A stretch of DNA of 64,000 bases, from assembly GCA_038087875.1 (NCBI GenBank), contig CM075993.1, positions 6,698,001-6,762,000 on the forward strand, in the 5' to 3' direction. This stretch comes from Malacoraja senta (Eukaryota). A program made the translations under genes and the position numbers. The notes beneath the pieces were generated by a model. The model searched no databases. It was not told the DNA's origin and saw only the letters and a list, made by a program, of their open reading frames with translations. Below, piece by piece: positions 49,901 to 63,157 of the stretch (its first letter is position 1; each line of letters begins with the position of its first letter).

Positions 49901-52900
49901 GTAAGGCAGCAACTCTACCGCTGTTCCACTGTGCCGACTCATATTGGTATCTGCTGCCAATTTATCATTGATTCAGGTTTAGGTGGAAGTGGAACTTCGT
50001 GCATTTAAGAGGTGACATTGAAACATATAAGATTATTAAGGGTTTGGACACGCTTGAGGCAGGAAACATGTCCCCGATGTTGGGGGAGTCCAGAACCAGG
50101 GGCCACAGTTTAAGAATAAGGGGTAAGGCATTTAGAACGGAGATGAGGAAACACTTTTTCCACACAGAGAGTTGTGAGTCTGTGGAATTCTCTGCCTCAG
50201 AGGGCGGTGGAGGCCGGTTCTCTGGATACATTCAAGAGAGAGCTAGATAGGGCTCTTAAAGATAGCGGTCAGGGATATGGGGAGGAGGCAGGAACGGGGT
50301 ACTGATTGCGGATGTTCAGCCATGATCACATTGAATGGCAGTGCTGGCTCGAAGGGCCGAATGGCCTGCTCCTATTGTCTATTGTGACCGAGGGCCTTTG
50401 CCTGGCCCACCGTGGGTCGCTCCCTGCTAACCCACCCTTACTGCTTACCTTCAATTAAAGCCGCAGGTCACGCAGCCTACAACTAGGTCCCTGCTCCACA
50501 ACCCAGAGGGATGGTCTGTAACTCAATATCTCTCACATGTCCTATCTTGCCGCAAGCACAGCCCGGCGTGCTGGATGGTTAAAATAGCTTGAAGTTAACA
50601 ACATAAAAATGTATCATGTGACAGAGAGCAGTGAAGCTGGACACTAACTGGACCTAAAGGAGAAGAATCAATCCGGGACAACATCACGTCATCGTCTTCC
50701 TTGATCAACGTCTGTGCAGTAATAATATGAAGGAAGGAACTGCAGATGCTGGTTTAAACTGAAGATAAAGACACAAAATGCTGGAGTAACTCAGTGGGCC
50801 AGGCAGCATCTCTGGAGAGAAGGAATGGGTGACGTTTCGGGCCGAGACCCTTCTTCAGTCTGAGAGTCAGGGGAGAGGGTAGGACACGGAGATAAGGAGG
50901 GGTAAGGTGTGAAAACGGGACATAGCTTCCAGCTATGTCCCGTTTTCACACCTTACCCCTCCTTATCTCCGTGTCTCTGAGCTGGTCTCCACCCGAAACG
51001 TCACCCGTTCCTTCTCTCCAGAAATGCTGCCTGTCCCGCTGAGTTACTCCAGCATTTTTATGTCTATCTTCAGTTTAAACCAGCATCTGCAGTTCCCTGC
51101 CACACAAATGTTTAAAAGAGTTGTTTAAAGGAGTGTGCGGGGTAAGTTAAAGTTTAAAGGAGATGTACAGGCAACTTTTCTTTTTACACAGAGGGTGTTG
51201 GGTGCCTGGACTGTACATATGCGGCCTGACACACTGAAAGTTTCTACCATTTAATTTTGCTTTTACTACAAAGGAACGCTTCTTTATCCATTGAAAGATT
51301 GAATAATGGTTTTGAGGGAGCTTCCAAGGAGAAGGGTCTCGACCCGAAACGTCACCCGTTCCTTCTCTCCAGAGATGCTGCCTGTCCCGCTGAGTTACTC
51401 CAGCATTTTGTGTCTACCTTCCAAGAAGGATCTCACAAATTAATCTCATCCTCTGTATCGGAGTTCAGTGCCGAACTACTATCTACCTCTTTGATGACCC
51501 TCGGACTATCCTTGATCGGACTTTGCTGGCTCTACCTTGTACTAAACGTTATTCCCTTAACATGTGTCTATACAATGTAAATGGATCGATTGTAATCATG
51601 TATTAGACAATAGACAATAGGTGCAGGAGTAGGCCATTCGGCCCTTTGAGCCAGCACCACCATTCAATGTGATCATGGCTGATCATCCCCAATCAGTACC
51701 CCGTTCCTGCCTTCTCCCCATATCCCCTGACTCCGCTATCTTTAAGAGCCCCATCTAGCTCTCTCTTGAAAGTATCCAGAGAACTGAGGCAGAGAATTCC
51801 ACAGACTCACCACTCTCTGTGAGAAAAAGTGTTTCTTCGTCTCCGTTCTAAATGGCTTACCCCTTATTCTTAAACCGTGACCCCTGGTTCTGGACCCCCC
51901 CAACATCGGGAACATGTTTCCTGCCTCTAGCGTGTCCAAATCCTTAACAATCTTATATGTTTCAATAAGATTCCCTCTCATCCTTTTAAACTCCAGAGTG
52001 TACAAGCCCAGCCGCTCCATTCTCTCAGCATATGACAGTCCTGCCATCCCGGGAATTCCCTCAATAGCAAGAATGTCCTTCCTCAAATTAGGGGACCAAA
52101 ACTGCACACAATACTCCAGGTGCGGTCTCACTAGGGCTCTGTACAACTGCAGAAGGACCTCTTTGCTCCTATACTCCTATACTCGACTCCTCTTGTTATA
52201 AAGGCCAACATGCCATTCACTTTCTTCACTGCCTGCTGTACCTGAATGCTTACTTTCATAGACTGATGAACAAGGACCCCCAGATCCCGTTGCACTTCCC
52301 CTTTTCCCAACTTGACGCCATTTAGATAGTAATCTGCCTTCCTGTTTTTGATACCAAAGTGGATAACGTCACATTTATCTGCATTAAACTTCATCTGCCA
52401 TGCATCTGCCCACTCCCCCAACCTGTCCAAGTCACCCTGCATTCTCAAAGCATCCTCTGCTATTGTCTCTCTGCTGACCGGTTAGCAGGCAACAGAAAGC
52501 TTTTCACCGTGCCTCAGTACACCTGACAATAAACTAAACTGAAGTGAGTTGAACTTGCCTGATCTGGAGCTCTTGATGGTTTCCACTGTAGCTTGGAAAT
52601 ACATGGTACATTATAGCCACTGGGCCTCTGACACCAGCACATCTTGTTTTATTGTTTCTTAGTTTAGAGATACAGCACGGAAACAGGCCCTTTGGCCCAC
52701 CGGGTCCGCTCCGACCAGCGATCCCCGCACTATCCTACACACGGTACAATTTACCAAAACCAAACCAATTAACCTCTTTGGAGTGTGGGAGGAAACCGAT
52801 GATCTCGGAGAAAAGCCACGCAGGTCACGGGAGAATGTACAAACTCCGTACAGAACACACCCGTGGTCAGAATCGAACTAGGGTCCCTGGCGCAGTCAGG

Positions 52901-54682
52901 CAGCAACTCTACCATGCCGCCGTTGTGTTTGTAACAGGCTGTTAACATGACCCAGGATCACTCAGAGAACCGTGAAGCAGCAGCCAATTACAAAGTAGCA
53001 TCAAGGTACACAGCATAAAAGATTTAATTTCAGGTTTCAAAGTTCTCAAGTTTTTGTCTGCTTCTTAAAGCCACGTCATTTATTGAGCTTACTCCGAAAA
53101 TGCAGATAATCGGGATTTGAGCCTGTTCTCCCCTAATACAGGTCCACCACCAATTTCCCAACATCCTTGCTTCCAGGGCCTTGCTGGACTGTCCATTTTG
53201 CTAGACCAACACAGGCCACGGCCTCTAAGAGGAGTCGAACTGGAGCAGAACGTTCCGCCTAGCCGCCGGGGGGCCGAGATGCCGGCCTCGGAAGTCGGCT
53301 ATGGGAACGGATCTGCCAACTGCAGCTGGGTCGGAGTACCAGAGCCCCGGCCACAGGGGGGGGGGAAACAAAACCACAGATTGGCCGCGGAGGTCCCGAT
53401 CAATGGGGAGAAGGCCCGCCTCACCCGGCCTAGATGCCACATTTTTGGGGGAAACTGTGATTTCAAGTGCACGCTCGTAATTTTGTCCGGATTAAAGGAA
53501 GTGCCGGATATTTATTTGCCAGAAAATTGTTGGTGGACCTGTAGTAATAACACTCTCAATGCCGGGATTCATGCCAGGATTCCGTTCAGAGATACAGCGA
53601 TGAAACGGGCCCTTCCAACAGACCTCACCGACAAACGATCACCCGCACCCAGGTTCTATATTATCCCAGAGTAACATCCAACACACTAGGCACAAATTTA
53701 GAGAAGCCAATTCACCTACAAACCTGCACGTTTTTGGATTGTGGTAGGAAACTGGAGTATCCGGAGAAAACCCACGCGGTCACAGGGAGAACGTACAAAG
53801 TCGCTACAGACAGCGCCCGGAGTCAGGATCGAACCTGGGTCTCTGGAGCTGATACGCAGCAACTCTACCGCGGCGCCACTTCTCAAGAGATTACTCTAGT
53901 CGTTTGTCATCTGAAGTTTCAACTTTAGTTTTACGTTTAATTTTAGAGATACAGCATAGAAACCAGCACTTTGGCCCACCGAGTCCACATTGGCCAACGG
54001 CCACCCATTCACATGAATTCTATCTTTTATCTTTAGTCTGAAGATGGGTCCCAACTTGAAACATCATCTATTGATCTGAAGGGTCCTGTCGTGAAACGTC
54101 ACCTATCCATGTTCTCTAGAGATACTGCCTAACCCGTTAAGTTACTCTAGCACTTTGTGTTGGTGTTGTAAACCAGCATTTGCAGTTCCTTGCGTATAAA
54201 TTTTACCGCACTACTGAAAGATCTCCTCAAGATATGTCTACATTGAAGATTTTCTCCCAGTCTGAAGGAGTCCATCCTGAAAAGTCACCTATCCATGTCC
54301 TCCAGAGATGCTGCCTGACCCACTGAGTTACTCCAGCACTTTGTGTCTTTTTTCCTATCATGTCCCACTTTCACATCCACTCCCTACAACTTAGTGTACA
54401 CTTGTTTGGCATTGTTCTCAAGACTAATGTCAATCCTGGAGTCTGAAAAAGGGTCCCGACACAAAACGTCACCTCTTCATGTTCTCGAGAGATGCCGCCT
54501 GACCCCACCCCCCCCCCCCCCCATAACTAGCATCTGCAGTTCCTTCTATCACCGTCAAACCCGCAGTTCCTTTTGGGGGCTCCAAAGTTATAGTTTTGAT
54601 GCAATTAACGAGTGTATATCAGCAATGGAGCCAGAAAATCATGGTGGTATCATCCCCAGAAAAGAATAAGTGAGTTCCATAC

Positions 54683-54804
54683 CTGAAACTATGCAAGTGA
54701 ACTTGATATCAGAGTCTTCAGATACTGAATGGGATTTCAGTGTGGTTTCAAAACCTGGCTGGGTCTCTTCCGTTATCTGAGCAATGATAGTGCAAAAAGT
54801 TTGT
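54683..54804 (-). CDS. ALPK3: ALPK3 122-nt Ig exon, copy 2
   Basis: Same sequence and splice sites as 22495-22616. Confidence 0.93.
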
Positions 54805-57800
54805 CTGAAAGAGAAAATAATCGGCAGTGCTCAAATTAGTTTAGATTAGAGATACAGCGCGGAAACAAGAGTCAAATCAAGAGTGTTTTATTGTCATATG
54901 TCCTGGATGGGACAATGACATTCTTCCTTGCTGCAGCACAACAGAATATGTGAATATGTAAACATTGTATATAACAGGGGAAAAAAGAAAAAATTCAATA
55001 AATAACAAATATAGTGCAAATAACAAATAATAATATAGTCTTTTGCAGTTCAGAGCTCAGAGCTTATTCGTTGTGTTTAATAGCCTGATGGCTGTGGGGA
55101 AGAAGCTGTTCCTGAACCTGGACGTTACAGTTTTCAGGCTCCTGTACCTTCTTCCTGATGACAATGGTGAGATAAGTGTGTGGCCAGGATGGTGAGGGTC
55201 CTTGATGATTTTGGCTGCCTTTTTGAGGCAGCGACTACGATAGATCCCTTCGACGGAGGGGAGGTCAAAGCTGATGATGGACTGGGCAGTGGTCACAACT
55301 TTATGTAGCCTTTTTCGCTCCTGGACGTTCAAGTTGCCGAATCAGGCCACGAGGCAACCAGTCAGAATGTTCTCTACGTGCACCTGTAGAACTTTGGGAG
55401 AATCCTCCTCGACATGCCGAATCTCCGTAATCTTCTCAGGAAACAGGCCCTTCAGCCCACCGCGTCCGCACCGACCAGCGATCCCCGCACACTAACACGA
55501 TCCTACACACGCTAGGGACAATTATACATTCATACCAAGCCAATTAACGTCTGAAGAAGGGTTTCAGCCCGAAACGTTACCTATTTCCTTCGCTCCATAG
55601 ATGCTGCTGCACCCGCTGAGTTTCTCCAGTATTTTTGTGTACCTTCAATTAACTAACAACCCTTGAAGAGTGGGAGGAGATCGAAGATCCCGGAGAAAAC
55701 CCACGCAGGTCACAGGGAGAACAATATACAGTAGACATTAGGTGCAGGAGTAGGCCATTCGGCCCTTCGAGCCAGCACCGCCATTCAATGTGATCATGGC
55801 TGATCATCCGCAATCAGTACCCAGTTCTTGATTTCTCCCCATATCCCCTGACTCCGCTATCTTTAAGAGCCCTATCTAGCTCTCTTTTGAAAGTATCCGG
55901 AGAACCGGCCTCCACCGCCCTCTGAGGCAGAGAATTCCACAGACTCACAACTGTGTGAAAGAACGTACAAACTCCATACAGACAGCACCCGTAGCCGGTA
56001 TCGAATCCAGGTCTCTGGCGCTGTAAGGCAGCAACTCTACCACCGCGCCACCATGCCGCCCACAGGATAAAGATCCAATCAAGCCCAATTCTGAGGAGCA
56101 CATTCAGGCATTTGTAAGGAAGTCGTGAATCAAGAGTGTTTAATTGTAGTATGTACGGACAATTGCAATGAGAGTCTTCCTTGCTGCATCTTATAGGCCC
56201 GTAAACTCAATAACACACTGATAAATATGTAATAGTCATAATACATTATATTAATAACCGTAATTCTGGGTAACCATATTAATGCAAAACTAAAGTCCAT
56301 AGCACAACCAACGACACAGTCCATAGAAGATCATAGTTGCTGTGGTTAGTGTTGTGTTGTGTTCAAGAGCCTGGTGATTACTGGAGGAAGCTGTTCTTGA
56401 ACCTGGTGGTCACGGTTTTCAGGATCCTGTACTTCCCCCCCCCCCCCCCCCCCCCCCCCCCCGCCCGATGGTGATAACAGATTGATTAGTGAGATGAGAG
56501 TGTGGACAGGGTGGTGAGGAATTTAGATGATTTTTGGCTGCCTTTTTGAGGCAGCAACTCCTGTAGATCCCTTCAAAAGTGGAGAGCAGGTGATGGTGAC
56601 ATGTTTAAGAAAGATGTTTATTTTGCTAGCACTCCCATTAAATTGTTGTGCAAGATGTTACAACATGCTACAAGGTCAGTTATTGCCATGGAAAGATTTA
56701 AGACTAGCCTTAAAAGTGTAGAGTCATTGAGCCATAGAGCGTGGAAACAAGCCCTTCGCCCCAACTTGCCCACCGGCCAACATGTCCATTCTGCACTAGT
56801 CCCTGCATTTGGCCCATATCCCTCTAAACCTGTCCTATCCATGTACCTGTCCAATTATTGTTTACACATTATGATAGTCCCTGCCACATCCCACAACTAC
56901 CTCCTCCGGCAGCTCGTTCCTTACACCCACCAACCCTTTGTGTGCACGAGTTACCCCTCAGCTTCCGAACATGATTGATGTCACCAAAGAAATATTTTAC
57001 CATTGCAGATGAATTCTGGAAAAGATTACCTCGGTGAATGACAGGAGTCCAGAAGTGGGACGCAAGTCACAAACTGACCAAGCAGCAAGGTGGCACCACA
57101 GATAGACCTCCAATTTCAGGTAGTCCCTGCTTTCTCCTTCTTTCCCCTTCCCTTCCCAGCTCTCCCACAGCCCACTGTCTCCGCCTCTTCCTTTCTTCTT
57201 CCCGCCCCCACCCCCGCATCAGTTTCTCCAGCATTTTTGTCCACCATAGGTAGACTGTTGTCTTACGGATCTAGGATTCGATCCTAACCTTGGGTGCTGT
57301 CTGTGAGGAGTTTGCACATTCTCCATGTGACCGCATGAGTGTCCTCCCACATTCCAAAGCTGTACGGCTTGGTAAAATGGCCGTTGCGTGGTAAGGGGCA
57401 AAAATAAATAAATAAATGGGCACGTGTCAGAGACAATAATTTGAATGCTACAGGGAATTAGCAGAGGGAGAATATGATTTCTCTAATGGGAGCCTGTACA
57501 GATTCGATGGGCTGAATGGCCTCCTTTGCGCCGTAATGAATTAGCGAATACAAAGAGTTTTCATATTAATGTGAAATGAGTTGGTGGAAATAATGGCAGC
57601 AATAAACACACAATGTGCGGATTATGTGGATACACGGGAGATAAAAGGAACTGCAGGTGCTGGTTTACGTAAAAGAATAAAAAGTGCTGGAGTAACTCAG
57701 CGGGTCAGGCAGCATCTCTGGAGAACAACATGGATAGGTGACGTTTCTTGGCTGCCATCTCTTTGGCAGGTTAAAAATGGATTCCGCACAGTAATAGTAT

Positions 57801-58554
57801 CTGAGTCCGCTATAAACTGTAATGGCCGCCGTGAGGGAGAGGGGACGAACTTTGGACAATGGGGGGGGGGGGAAACAAGAGGGAGAGCCGGTGTGCTTTG
57901 TAACTGTCAGTACCGTAGGTGGCTGCTATTTGTATACATTGTGTATACAACCAGAGCGTCTCTCTGCACATATCACAATAAAGTATTCCTATTCCTAACA
58001 AAACTCGGACCATATATATTAAAAAACTACATATGGGGCAATAAAATGAAAATGTAATTTCTATGACATTCCTCTGCTACATTAAGATGTCCAGATAGTT
58101 GTGTTAATACTTTGTTGAAACAGCAAGCAAAAAAGATTATAGATGTAGGAAGGAACTGCAGATGCTGGTTTACATCAAAGATAGACACAAAATGCTGGAG
58201 TAATTCAGCGGGACAGGCAGCATCACTGGAGAAAAGGAATGGGAGTACTGTATGCCAACATCAACAAGTACATTTCACAATGGACCAACAGATGGCTGTG
58301 AGGCAAGGTGAAGGTCCTATTTCTGTACATGCATGACTCCATGCATCTAACGTTTCCTGGATTGATGGAGAAGAACTTGAAAATTGCAGGCACAGATGCT
58401 GCAAAGATATGGGTCTCTACCGGAAATGTCACCCAGTCCTTCCCTCCGGAGATGCTGCCTGTCCCGCTGAGTTACTCCAGCACTTTGTGTCTATCTACAG
58501 GTTATCGGTGTCCACTGGAGAGCAACCCATGGTACCACTGATGTTATGAAACTC

Positions 58555-59046
58555 AACCTACAGGCATTTGGATGGGCAAGGGCTGATTAGGGATAGTCAG
58601 CATGGTTTTGTACATGGGAGGTCGTGTCTCACAAATCTGATTGAGTTTTTTGAAGACGTGACCAAAAAGGTTGATGAGGGCAGAGCTGTAGATGTTGTGT
58701 ACATGGACTTCAGTAAGGCATTTGACAAGGTTCCTCATGGTCGGCTCCTCTGGAAGGTTAGATCACATGGGATCCAAGGAGAGATAGCTGAATGGATAGC
58801 AAATTGGCTCCATGGAAGGAAGCAGAGGGTGATGGTGGAAGGCTGCTTCTCGGACTGGAGGCCTGTGACTAGTGGTGTACCTCAGGGTTCGGTGCTGGGC
58901 CCGTTACTGTTTGTCATCTACATCAATGATTTGGATGAGAACCTACAGGGCAAGATTAGCAAGTTTGCTGATGATACAAAAGTTAGTGGTTTTACAGACA
59001 GTGAAGATGGTCGTGAAAGATTGCAGCAGGATCTGGATCGATTGGG
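58555..59046 (+). mobile_element. Internal CR1 reverse-transcriptase fragment, truncated at both ends
   Basis: [19 protein letters not shown]...[14 protein letters not shown]...[20 protein letters not shown]...FADDTK...LQQDLDRL, then an abrupt switch to G-rich sequence. Confidence 0.92.
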
Positions 59047-59169
59047 GTGGAGGAGGGAGGGGGGTGGAGCAGAGAGGGTGGAGAGTGGAGGGAGAGGAGG
59101 GGGAGACAGATGGGGGTGTCTTCATTCACTAGCGGCCGGTGCCGGTCACTGAAACAGGCAGGTGAGATT

Positions 59170-59875
59170 TCACATCCACCTTGTGTGTGTGTGTCTCTCT
59201 CTCCCTCCCTCTCACACAGGCTGAGAGACTCTGCCTCTGTGAGTGTACGTCTCTTTCTCCCCCTCTCCCACACACAGCAAGACCGAGGTAAGTCCATCTG
59301 TGTAAGTCCATCTGTGTCTCCCACATACACAGTAAAATTCTGCTTTGTGTGTATGTCTCCCCCCATTTCTCTCTTCCCCCCCCCCACCTCTCTTTCTCCC
59401 CCCCCACCTCTCTCTTTCTCCCCCACACACAATAAGACCGATGTATTCTGCTTAGTCTCTCTCCCCTCCCACACACACAGATAGACCGAGGTCCTGTGCG
59501 CTCTTTCTCTCTCCCCCACAGTCACGCCGAAGTACACCACACTGCCTCTGTGCCTCTCTCCCCCTCTCTCCTTCATACACAGAGGTCCACACTGTCTCTG
59601 TCTCTCTCTCTCCCCCCTACACACACACACAGACTCACTGAGGTACACACTGCCCATTGTGTGTGTGTGTCTGCCTCTGTCTCTCTCTCCCACACACACA
59701 GTTAAAGGTACTCCACGCTGCCTATGTGTGTGTGTGTGTCTCTCTCTCTCTCTCTCTCTGTCCCACCCCCCACACCCACACACAGTTAGTCAGTCAGAGG
59801 AACTCCATACTGTGTGTGTGTGTGTGCGCCTCTGTCTCTCCCTATCACAGTCAGAATGAGGAACTCCCCCCGCAG
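59170..59875 (+). repeat. Degenerate compound tandem repeat (TG)n-(CT)n-(CA)n-CAG..GAGGTA, ~11 units
   Basis: Visible periodic structure of about 45-100 nt per unit. Confidence 0.7.
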
Positions 59876-60044
59876 TCTCTCCGCGGCCTCTCCCCGGGCA
59901 GGGTGCATCTGCCTCCCTCAGGCTGCCCAGGCAGTCAGACACGACTCCGGTGGCGGGCTCCATGCACAGCTCCTGCCGGCCGGCTGGGAGCGGCGACGGA
60001 GGACAGGGGGAAGTTGGCCACCAGCGGGGCAGTCTCGGCTCTCC

Positions 60045-60096
60045 ATGCAGTCCGAGTCTCGCTGGATCCTCGTAATCCTCTACCTCTGTCAAATGG
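60045..60096 (+). CDS. Candidate first coding exon (signal peptide) of an unidentified gene
   Basis: ATG...CAAATGG|gtgagt; MQSESRWILVILYLCQM(G), 52 nt, phase 1, hydrophobic core, in a GC/CpG-rich non-repeat patch. Confidence 0.45.
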
Positions 60097-60499
60097 GTGA
60101 GTTTAACCTGATCCCCCCCCCCCTCCCCCCCCAACCTCCCTCCACCTCAACTCACGCCTGGGCACCAAAGCAGCTCAGGAGGCAAACCCTGAGCTCCGTC
60201 CCCCAACAATCTGATGTGCGCATCCGTGCACATTCAAAAATTTCATCTCCAGTCTCCCCGCAGTGTGTAGACCTGGCAGTAAATTCAATTAAAATATAGC
60301 AAACCTCCGCCTGCTGGTCTTCTAACTACGTGATGTGTGTTTCAAACAAATCATCAGTATAACTGCTCTGGCACTGGACGGTGCGCATTTTCCCTTTGTA
60401 GGTCACATCAATAGATGCGGCCGCGCTGAATTCTATCTTTAACTCAAAGCCGCAGGATGGAGATGTTGCTTATTAAAACAGACCTTCATTGAAGGTTGG

Positions 60500-60700
60500 C
60501 TCAAGGGTAACTCGGGAAAGGAACTTGTTAACTCGGGAGACGAACTTGGAACATCGCAGAAATGACAGTTAACGGCAAACTTGAGTCATACCCGTGGGAA
60601 CTCGGTTAAACTCTTGATCATACACTTGGAATCTCGTGTACAACCACGAGTCTTTCGCTCGGGGTGCCTCGTGGGTCAACTCGCACCGTGAGACAGGGCT
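60500..60700. mobile_element. Partial Harbinger-like MITE end with AACTCG repeats
   Basis: Ends caactcgcaccgtgagacagggct|ataa, resembling the ...gtgggacaggccct termini of the other MITEs. Confidence 0.45.
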
Positions 60701-61564
60701 ATAAGGCAGCAACTCTACTACTGTATCAGAATCACTATTTCCCAAGCTTATACGTCCTAGTCTGTTATAAACCCAACACAGCCTTTCATCTCATGGATTA
60801 GTGGACAGTCACACAGCCATTTCAAGAGTCTTTCTAAGATGGGCACTGAAGGTTTTCTCATTGCAGCAGGCTTACTTGGGAAATGTGTATACTCCCTATA
60901 GAGGTGACACGGTGACACTGATGGTGGATCTGATGTCTCACAGTTCCAGTGAACCAAGGTTCAATCCTGCTCTCAGATACTGTCTGTAACTGTGTGGGTC
61001 CCCCCCCCCCCCCCATGCTCAGGTTCTTTCCCACATCGAAAGACGTACAGGGTGCCTGGTTGGTTAATTAAATAAGCGTCAGAATCTGGGAGGAATTGAT
61101 AGGAATGTGGGGGGGAATACAATGGGAATTGTGTAAATGGATTTAGACTTCAGACATACAGTGTAAAAACAGGCACTTCAGCCGACCGAGCCCGTACACC
61201 ACCCCCCCCCCCCCCCCCCCGCACAATAGCACCATCCTACACACGAACAAACAATGGCCCCATAGCACAAGCGTCCACGTCGCGGGGCTGGAAACTGGAA
61301 GTATCCCGAGCTAATTCTGCTACCACCATCATCTACTGCGACAAGTGATGGCTCCCACTGATTGCACGCTCCAGCTCCATCTTGATATAGTCCGTTTTTG
61401 TAATTTTAGGTTAATTTAAAGGGAAATAGTTTGTAGGAAATTAGAATGGGCGCAAGTACAGTTAAAGAGACAGCTACGATAAAGGTCACCAAAGGTCATT
61501 TTGTCTTGAAAGCCCAATGATAATGTTTACCGTAAAGATCCCAAAAGTCTACTTACTTTTAATT

Positions 61565-61840
61565 TAGCTAAAAAATTGTCTACCGAGTCCATGCGGACCA
61601 GCGATCCCTGTACACCAGCACAATCTTACACACACAGGCGGCAATTTACAATTATTCCAAGCCAAATAGCCTACAAACCTGTAAGTCTTTGTAGTGTGGG
61701 AGGAAACTGGAGCACCCGGAGAAAACCCACGCAGGCCACGGGGAGAATGTACAAACTCCATGCAGACAGCACCCGTTGTCGGGATCGAACCACGGTCTCT
61801 GGTGCTGTAAGGCAGCAACTCTACCACTGTGCCACCATGC
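61565..61840 (-). mobile_element. HE1-like SINE
   Basis: Reverse head, B box and V-domain. Confidence 0.8.
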
Positions 61841-62400
61841 TGCTCTGTCTATTCAAATTCAGTTCCATGTTAAATGCTACTTCATTAATAATGTCTGTAG
61901 CTTATAACATGTTTGTCACTCTCAGTTACCCATGGTTCTATTAGCTTTAAAATAGTTACGGATAAAGACAGGGTGAGCCCATGAGTTCAAATTGTGCATT
62001 GGGGCAAGGCCAGCTTTGATGGTATTAAACAGGAACTTGCCCAAGTAGATTGGGGCAGGTTGCAAGCATTGACTGACATCTTGCATCTGTTATACGATGT
62101 CCGAACACGCCGAATATTTCACTCGTATTATAAAACAGAGAAACTGTGATATTCCTGTATTTATCAACAAATTCATTTTTCCCTACAAAGTGTGATATGT
62201 TTCACTATCAATATAAGTGATAAAATCTCAAATAAAGGACATTGAGATTCTAAAAAGAAGCAGAGTTCAGATTGGTAAGATTGGTACGAAGTGAAAGGAA
62301 ACACACAAGGCTGTATGTTATGGTTATATCTGGACCGTACAAAACAGCTCAGCACAACTCACGTTTTGCCAAGAGCAAAAGTAGATGGGATATTGTACAG

Positions 62401-62616
62401 GAAGGAACTGCAAATGCTGGTTTAAACCGAAGATGGACACAAGAAGCTGGAGAAACTCAGCGGGTCAGGTAGCATCTCCGGAGAAAAGGAATAGGTGACG
62501 TTTCAGGTCTTCAGACAGTCTGAAGAAGGGTCTCGACCTGAAACGTCACCTATGCCTTTTTGCCAGAGATGCTGCCTGACCCGCTGAGTTACTCCAGCTT
62601 CTTGTGTTTATCTTCG
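62401..62616. mobile_element. Fold-back Penelope terminal-repeat insertion
   Basis: Inverted arms cgaagatggacacaagaagctggagaaactcagcgggtcagg / cctgacccgctgagttactccagcttcttgtgtttatcttcg. Confidence 0.8.
62520..62547 (+). ncRNA. Minimal hammerhead ribozyme motif
   Basis: CUGAAGA-A-GGGU(CUCG)ACCU-GAAAC-GUC (G-U closes stem II). Confidence 0.6.
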
Positions 62617-63016
62617 ATGTAAATTCTCCCTTGTGTGTAAGATAGTGTAAGTGTGTGGGGATCGCTGTTGGCAGGGACTCGGTGGGCTGAATGGCCTGTT
62701 TCCATGCTGTATCTCTAAACTGTACGTCTGACCTGCTGAATCACTCCAGCTTTTTGTGTCTCTCTATGGATGGGATATTGCCTGTAGATTCTCATCGCTC
62801 ACAGGTCAGATATTAATATCGCAGCATTTACACATTGGTCTTGCCCTTTCATCTTCACCAGGTCAACAGGATCAGTCTGGTATCAGCCACCAAAATGGAT
62901 GGTCGTTGGATGCCAGACAAATGCACGAACGTCACGCGCTTGAAGGCGGTAATTTGGCCTTTGAGTGAAGGAAGGTGGGCTTTGAATGTCCGATGTTTGG
63001 ACAATCGACCTCCACG

Positions 63017-63026
63017 TTAAAAATAG
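63017..63026. promoter_or_regulatory. MEF2 consensus site
   Basis: TTAAAAATAG matches YTAWWWWTAR in non-repeat sequence 5' of the visible ALPK3 exons; motif match only. Confidence 0.3.
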
Positions 63027-63157
63027 GTAACTGCTCAGGTTCCACCACCCTTAGGGGAAGAGAATACCCAAGAATCGCCATGTTCCTGAGGGGAAAGGTT
63101 TCACCCATCTGTCTCTAATGTGGGACCCCTATTTTGTAAGCAGTTGTAGATCGTAAC

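Larger units (their letters stand above)
32103..58337 (+). repeat. Copy 2 of the duplicated segment (contains copies of all features in 1-26205)
   Basis: Colinear near-identity with 1-26205. Confidence 0.98.

Noticed and set aside
59918..60046. Minus-strand MESRDC...PAGRSCAWSPPPES as ALPK3 exon 1
   Set aside because: Loose spacing resemblance to PASRSYLLSVRPET, but it lacks the YL..VR residues, has no credible donor and hits a stop; likely chance.
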